From: Sedimentisphaerales bacterium
Lineage (GTDB): Bacteria > Planctomycetota > Phycisphaerae > Sedimentisphaerales > SM23-30
Assembly: GCA_963666285.1 (NCBI GenBank)
Contig: OY762711.1
Direction: 5' to 3' (one strand)
DNA: 64,000 bases
Below, one piece after another: positions 58,535-64,000 of this stretch. The stretch's first letter is position 1. Each line of letters starts with the position of its first letter. Below the pieces are notes generated by a model. That model saw only the letters and a list, made by a program, of their open reading frames with translations, was not told the origin of the DNA and ran no database searches. Both the position numbers and the translations under genes were made by a program.

Positions 58535-61336
58535 TTATAATTTTTGTTTGAGGAACAGGCCGGTATAGCTTTGTGGAATTTCTGATATTTCTTCCGGGGT
58601 GCCGGTAGCGATAATTTGTCCGCCGCGGTCGCCTCCTTCGGGTCCGAGGTCAATGATGTGATCGGCAACTTTAATCACGTCCAGGTTGTGCTCAATAACG
58701 ACAACAGTATTGCCCTTATCAACAAGTCGGTTAAGAACGTTGAGCAGGTTATGTATGTCTGACATATGCAGGCCGGTAGTCGGTTCGTCCAGAACATAGA
58801 ATGTATGCCCGGTACTGTTTTTACCAAGTTCCGAGGCGAGTTTAACACGCTGGGCTTCGCCGCCTGAAAGTGTGGTGGATGCCTGGCCGAGTGCGATATA
58901 GCTTAGCCCGACATCATGCAGGGCACGAAGCATCTGTTTGATTTTCGGGAAGCTGTCGAAGAATTCGATAGATTCTGCGACGGACATGCTAAGTACATCG
59001 GCGATGTTCATGCCGCGATATTTGATATCCAGTGTTTCACGGTTGTATCTAGTACCGCGACACTGTTCGCATTCGACATAGACGTCAGGCAGGAAATGCA
59101 TTTCGATTTTTTTTGTGCCCTGCCCCTGGCAATATTCGCAGCGTCCGCCTTTAACATTGAAGCTGAATCGACCGGGGGTGTATCCCCTGATACGAGCGTC
59201 ACGAGTTTTGCTGAAAAGCTGTCGGATAAGATCGAATACGCCGGTATAGGTAGCCGGGTTAGAGCGTGGTGTGCGCCCGATAGGGCTCTGGTCGATTTGA
59301 ATAACTTTATCGACACGGTTCATTCCGACGAGTTTTTTGAATTTACCGGGTTTTTCTTTTGAGTTGTATAGTTTCCTGGTCATTGCCGGCAGTAATACCT
59401 GGTTGACCAGAGAGCTTTTACCAGACCCGCTGATACCTGTAACACAGGTAAAAGTTTCCAGCGGAAATACTGCATCGATTTCTTTCAGATTATTCTGTTC
59501 GGCACCTTTGATTGATACGGAGTATTTCAGATTAACCTTGCGTCGTTTTTCCGGCAGTTTAATTTCTCTTATACCGGAAAGATATTGGCCGGTAATGGAC
59601 CGGTCAGTATTTTTGATATCATCGATGGTACCATAAGCAACGATTTGTCCGCCGCGATGACCGGCGCCCGGTCCGACATCAATAATATGGTCGGCAGCGT
59701 ACATAGTATCTTCGTCATGTTCAACTACGAGTACAGAGTTGCCGAGGTCGGCAAGTGACCGCATAGTCTGGATAAGTTTTTCATTGTCTCGCTGATGAAG
59801 CCCGATTGATGGCTCATCCAAAACATAGCATACTCCAACAAGAGCAGATCCAACCTGGGTTGCGAGCCTGATACGCTGGGCTTCCCCGCCAGAGAGCGTA
59901 CCGCTTTTTCGATTAAGAGTTAGATAATCAAGTCCGACATTAGCCAGAAATGAAAGCCTGTTACGCAGTTCTTTCAGGATCGGTTCGGCAATAACGGAAG
60001 CTTCCTTGCTGAATTCCAGGTTGAGGAAGAAATTTTTAGCATTGCCGATACTCATCTGAACAATATCGTAAATATTTTTTTCGTTAATCAGTACCGCCAG
60101 AGATTCTGGTCTTAATCGAGCGCCGCCGCATTCCTGGCAAGGCTGTTCAGACATATACCCGTGAAGTCTTGCCTTAACGAATTCGCTATCGGTAGTTTTG
60201 AAGCGTCGCATGAGGTTAGGTATAACACCTTCAAATTCCGGATAGGAATCCGCATCTTTGGTGCCGAACATAAGAATTTTTCTGATTTTTGCCGGTATAC
60301 TGCTGTAAGGCGTGTCAGGGCTGACATCAAATTCTTTGCAGAACGCGCGAATAAGCCTGTTATAGAATATATTCATTCGCTTGCCGCCTTTACGCCAGGC
60401 GTCAATAGCACCTTCTTCAAGGCTCAGGCTGTCATCCGGTACGATAAGGTCCGGGTCGAACTCCTGGATAGTACCCAGCCCGTCACAGCTTTTACAGGCG
60501 CCGTATGGACTGTTGAAGCTGAAACATCTGGGAGATAGCTCCGGCATAGCCGCTTCCGGATGGTCGGTACAAGCGTATTTCGAGCTATAGGTATGTTCTT
60601 CCCAGGTATTTTTATCAGTTTCCTTGAGGATAAGTACTGTACCGTCACTTTGTTTGAGAGCGAGTTCGACGGAGTCGGCGATCCGGCCACGAATAGAACT
60701 TTTTACAGAAAGCCGGTCAATAACAGCTTCAATAGTGTGTGTAACAGTCTTTTTCAGCTCCGGGGCATCTTTGATTTCATATATTTTACCATCGATTCTG
60801 GCCCGAACAAAACCATCTCGCTGAATGCGTGCCAAGACATCTGCATGTTCGCCTTTTTGCCCGGAAATGATCGGCGAGCAGATATAAATCCTTTTACCTT
60901 CATCATTTTCGATCAGATTATCGACAATTTTACCGGCATGCTGGCTTTCGATAGGTTTGCCACATACATAGCAATGCGGCTTACCGACACGTGCGAACAG
61001 GAGCCTGAGGTAGTCATATAGTTCAGTGGTAGTGGCAACAGTGGATCGAGGGTTGCGTCCTCCGGATCGTTGTTCGATTGAGATGGTAGGTGGTAGGCCC
61101 TCAATGCTCTCAACATCTGGTTTTTGCATTTGTTCCAGGAATTGACGAGCGTATGCCGAGAGAGACTCAACATATTTGCGCTGACCTTCTGCAAAGATCG
61201 TGTCAAAAGCGAGAGAACTTTTACCGGAACCGCTTAATCCGGTAATAACTACCAGTTTATCGCGTGGTATGTCGATATCAACAGAGCGCAGGTTGTGCTC
61301 TTTTGCTCCTCTGACTGAAATATATTTGCTAGACAT
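58535..61336 (-). CDS. uvrA: Excinuclease ABC subunit A
   Basis: [21 protein letters not shown], zinc-finger cysteines, two LSGGEAQR signatures, GPEGGDRGG. Confidence 0.98.
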   Translation of the reverse strand: MSSKYISVRGAKEHNLRSVDIDIPRDKLVVITGLSGSGKSSLAFDTIFAEGQRKYVESLSAYARQFLEQMQKPDVESIEGLPPTISIEQRSGGRNPRSTVATTTELYDYLRLLFARVGKPHCYVCGKPIESQHAGKIVDNLIENDEGKRIYICSPIISGQKGEHADVLARIQRDGFVRARIDGKIYEIKDAPELKKTVTHTIEAVIDRLSVKSSIRGRIADSVELALKQSDGTVLILKETDKNTWEEHTYSSKYACTDHPEAAMPELSPRCFSFNSPYGACKSCDGLGTIQEFDPDLIVPDDSLSLEEGAIDAWRKGGKRMNIFYNRLIRAFCKEFDVSPDTPYSSIPAKIRKILMFGTKDADSYPEFEGVIPNLMRRFKTTDSEFVKARLHGYMSEQPCQECGGARLRPESLAVLINEKNIYDIVQMSIGNAKNFFLNLEFSKEASVIAEPILKELRNRLSFLANVGLDYLTLNRKSGTLSGGEAQRIRLATQVGSALVGVCYVLDEPSIGLHQRDNEKLIQTMRSLADLGNSVLVVEHDEDTMYAADHIIDVGPGAGHRGGQIVAYGTIDDIKNTDRSITGQYLSGIREIKLPEKRRKVNLKYSVSIKGAEQNNLKEIDAVFPLETFTCVTGISGSGKSSLVNQVLLPAMTRKLYNSKEKPGKFKKLVGMNRVDKVIQIDQSPIGRTPRSNPATYTGVFDLIRQLFSKTRDARIRGYTPGRFSFNVKGGRCEYCQGQGTKKIEMHFLPDVYVECEQCRGTRYNRETLDIKYRGMNIADVLSMSVAESIEFFDSFPKIKQMLRALHDVGLSYIALGQASTTLSGGEAQRVKLASELGKNSTGHTFYVLDEPTTGLHMSDIHNLLNVLNRLVDKGNTVVVIEHNLDVIKVADHIIDLGPEGGDRGGQIIATGTPEEISEIPQSYTGLFLKQKL

Positions 61337-61618
61337 ATTTTGTAATTAAAACTCTGTTGGTCGCAACAGATAATATCAATTGCGATCAAGATTAATGTTT
61401 AGTATTCTAATATTTACTTTCTAATTTTATTACACACGGGGATGTTATATAGTGTATAGTCTCTCAGGTTCAATACACTAATTCGTCAATGATAGCATAT
61501 ATAATATGTATGAGGAAGTAAAAATAGTATTTGGAAAAACACTTTTCCTTAAACCTTTTATTTTTAATGATTTACGTAAGGGTGGTTTTGATTGATTTAT
61601 TATGATATAATTTGAAAT

Positions 61619-62611
61619 ATGTTAGAAACAGGAATACAAATTTCAGTGGTAATACCAGTCTATAACGGCGAATGTTATATTTGCCGGGCTATAGATAGCG
61701 TATTAGCCCAGAGCTATCGGGCTATCGAGATAATCGTAGTGGATGATGGTTCTACTGATGCTACAGCGGATAAAGTTAAGTGCTATGGAGATAAGGTTCG
61801 GTATATATACCAGGATAATGCCGGAGTTAGTGCTGCCAGAAATAAAGGCATTATAGAGGCTGAGTGTGAGTGGGTGGCGTTTCTGGATGGCGATGATGAA
61901 TGGCTCGCCGATCATTTATCCAACCAAAAAACCATATTATCAGATAATCCAGACCTGGTTTGGAGTACTGCAAATTATTATGATTTTCTGGAAAGTGAGG
62001 GAAGGAAAGGCTTAAGATGTACAAAGAGCAAAGCAGGTCAATATGTTCACGTCGGGGTTATGCCGGATTACTTTTTGGGTTATATGGCAGGAGTATCAGG
62101 TAATACTGATACAATGATAGTGAAACGAGAGGTGTTGATCGAACAGGGTATGTTTGCAGTCGGCAGAGTTAAGGCTGAGGATATAGATTTGTGGTGGAAG
62201 ATAGCGATAAAATATCCGAAGATTGGATATGCGATTGAACCGGGAAGTATCTATTATATTGATGTTGGTGAGGGCCATGTCTCAAAATCCGGTGAGGTGG
62301 ATACCTTTATAGAAGTTATCCAAGAGCACCTGGCAATAGCGAAGAAAAGCGGTCAGGAAAAGAGGTATGAGCCGTTTGCCGCCTGGCAGCTGGCACGCTG
62401 GATGAGGTCGATGCTGTTCAGTGCGCGGAAGGCTGATATAAGAAAGCTCTTAAAGGAATTTTCGGCAATATTGCCGGCAACAGTAAAACTTCGGTATTAC
62501 AGCTTGACAATATTCCCCGGTTTGACAAAACAGGCATGCCATTTGATATCAAAATTCGTCAGGACATTTAAGCTGAGGAGAAGGGTTGTGAATAAGCCGC
62601 CGATCGGGTAA
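61619..62611 (+). CDS. GT2-family glycosyltransferase
   Basis: SVVIPVYN, VVDDGSTD, N.GVSAARNKG, AFLDGDD. Confidence 0.93.
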   Translation: MLETGIQISVVIPVYNGECYICRAIDSVLAQSYRAIEIIVVDDGSTDATADKVKCYGDKVRYIYQDNAGVSAARNKGIIEAECEWVAFLDGDDEWLADHLSNQKTILSDNPDLVWSTANYYDFLESEGRKGLRCTKSKAGQYVHVGVMPDYFLGYMAGVSGNTDTMIVKREVLIEQGMFAVGRVKAEDIDLWWKIAIKYPKIGYAIEPGSIYYIDVGEGHVSKSGEVDTFIEVIQEHLAIAKKSGQEKRYEPFAAWQLARWMRSMLFSARKADIRKLLKEFSAILPATVKLRYYSLTIFPGLTKQACHLISKFVRTFKLRRRVVNKPPIG

Positions 62612-62636
62612 CTTGTAGTTTGCGGCATAAATATTA

Positions 62637-63731
62637 TTACTGCAGAATTTGATTGTAGAGTGAAAATATTTTTTGTATTTGTACTTGTATCGAAAATTCC
62701 CGGCAAAACTCTGCCGCATTCTGAGCGAGTTCGGTTTTTAGCCTATCGTTAGAGAGTAATTCGGCAGTTCGTTTTGCAATCTCATCCGGAGTAAGAGCAT
62801 TCAATACGAGAGCAGTAATATTATCCCGGGCAATTTCTGCGAGTCCCTGGGTATCGCTGCAAATAACCGGAATGCCTGCGGCATAATATTCGATCACGGA
62901 AATGCCGAAAGCTTCCTTTCGGGAAGGTTGAACTGCGATATCAAAAGATGATATCACGTCAGAGACATCATTTCTAAAACCAAGAAAATGGATATATTCA
63001 GATAGTTTCAAGGCCGCGGCTTTTTCGGTCAGGCCGGCGAGTAAATTACCGTGTCCGGCGAGTACGAGATGACATCGATAACCTTGTTTATGCAGGAGAT
63101 CGAGAGCAGGCGGCAGCAGGTCTGTCCCTTTGATGTTATGCAGCCTGCCTGTATACCCGATGACAATCTCATTTTCAGATATTCCAAGATCATCTCTAAT
63201 AGATTGGCGGGCGGAATGATTGTATTTGAATTTTTCAAGATCAACGGCGTTGTATATAGTGTGAATTTTTTCTTTACTGATTCCACATTTATTTGCAATG
63301 GTATTGTTGGTAAAGTCTGAGACTGTTATAAACGAGCTGACTTTGAAGGAAAACAATCTAAGTAAGAGTCGATACAGAATAAACTGCCAGTTGTTTTCTG
63401 TTACCTGTCCATGTTCGTGGACAATTACTTTTGCCTTACAGAAGAAGGAAGCTAATATAGCGATTATAGCAGCCTTGTTCAAATGCGCGTGGATAAGATC
63501 AATATTGTATTTTTTACATGTTCTGATTATGTCGAGTAGTTTTAACGGGCTGTAGTTTCGCCGTTTGTGCTGAATAATTGTGCCGTTTATAACAATTTCG
63601 TTGAGAGGCCTGAGAGGATAGATGGTGAAGTTTACCTGGTTGGCGTCGATATTTTCAACGATGCCCTTCAGGCAAACCTGTGCCCCGCCAAGGCCGAGAC
63701 TGTTAATAATATGTAATACATTTAAGCTCAT
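62637..63731 (-). CDS. GT4-family glycosyltransferase
   Basis: GLGGAQ, IYNAVD, GRL..IKG, FLGFRNDV, PSRKEAFGISVIE. Confidence 0.93.
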   Translation of the reverse strand: MSLNVLHIINSLGLGGAQVCLKGIVENIDANQVNFTIYPLRPLNEIVINGTIIQHKRRNYSPLKLLDIIRTCKKYNIDLIHAHLNKAAIIAILASFFCKAKVIVHEHGQVTENNWQFILYRLLLRLFSFKVSSFITVSDFTNNTIANKCGISKEKIHTIYNAVDLEKFKYNHSARQSIRDDLGISENEIVIGYTGRLHNIKGTDLLPPALDLLHKQGYRCHLVLAGHGNLLAGLTEKAAALKLSEYIHFLGFRNDVSDVISSFDIAVQPSRKEAFGISVIEYYAAGIPVICSDTQGLAEIARDNITALVLNALTPDEIAKRTAELLSNDRLKTELAQNAAEFCREFSIQVQIQKIFSLYNQILQ

Positions 63732-64000
63732 TTTAATTCAGAAGCGAACAGTTGTTTGTATTGGTTGATTATTTTTTTTATGTCATGATTGTCGGCAGCA
63801 TAGTTGAAAGCATTCTGAGAATATATTTTATATTCATCACCCGAAATAAGAGTCTGAACAGCATTTATACAATCCTGAAAATTCCCATTAGTGCATATTC
63901 CGCATTTAAACTTGTCCAGGAACCCGTCCGGGTTGACATTAAGTGAAATAATCGGGGCAGCGGCCTGGCAGGCCTGAACAAAGACATTTGGAAATCCCTC
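63728..64000 (-). CDS. GT4-family glycosyltransferase, C-terminal part (5' end outside window)
   Basis: Manual translation EGFPNVFVQAC..AAPIISLNVNPDG...ELK*; ATGA overlap with the next gene. Confidence 0.85.
   Translation of the reverse strand, partial: EGFPNVFVQACQAAAPIISLNVNPDGFLDKFKCGICTNGNFQDCINAVQTLISGDEYKIYSQNAFNYAADNHDIKKIINQYKQLFASELK

Noticed and set aside
197..63946. Numerous short ORFs antisense to or nested in the called genes
   Set aside because: Shadow ORFs of well-supported genes with no independent motifs

Overview
AT-rich bacterial chromosomal segment. PEP-CTERM sorting, GLUG/LamG proteins and C-terminal dockerin-like 'DF..xx.WL' motifs suggest a planctomycete of the Phycisphaerae/Sedimentisphaerales type (inference only). 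It carries housekeeping genes (MoxR ATPase fragment, proB, arfB, ispD, ispA, rfbC, xerD, ilvC, uvrA), signalling genes (Cache/PAS kinase, HD-GYP protein, response regulator, ECF sigma/anti-sigma), glycoside hydrolases, glycosyltransferases, an arsR-arsC-mntP cluster and one complete IS3-family element. Features missed by the ORF track are a cobalamin riboswitch with terminator controlling a DUF4465/PEP-CTERM protein, a 56-aa ferredoxin, a 25-aa basic bS22-like peptide and two broken four-helix-bundle genes. The most striking unexplained structure is intergenic: about a dozen same-strand loci built from purine-rich 7-nt tandem repeats plus modular GC hairpins, two of them attached to four-helix-bundle genes. 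There are also three further dispersed repeat families, a fold-back MITE and two candidate structured RNAs. No rRNA, tRNA or CRISPR array was seen. All alignments and folds were done by eye.
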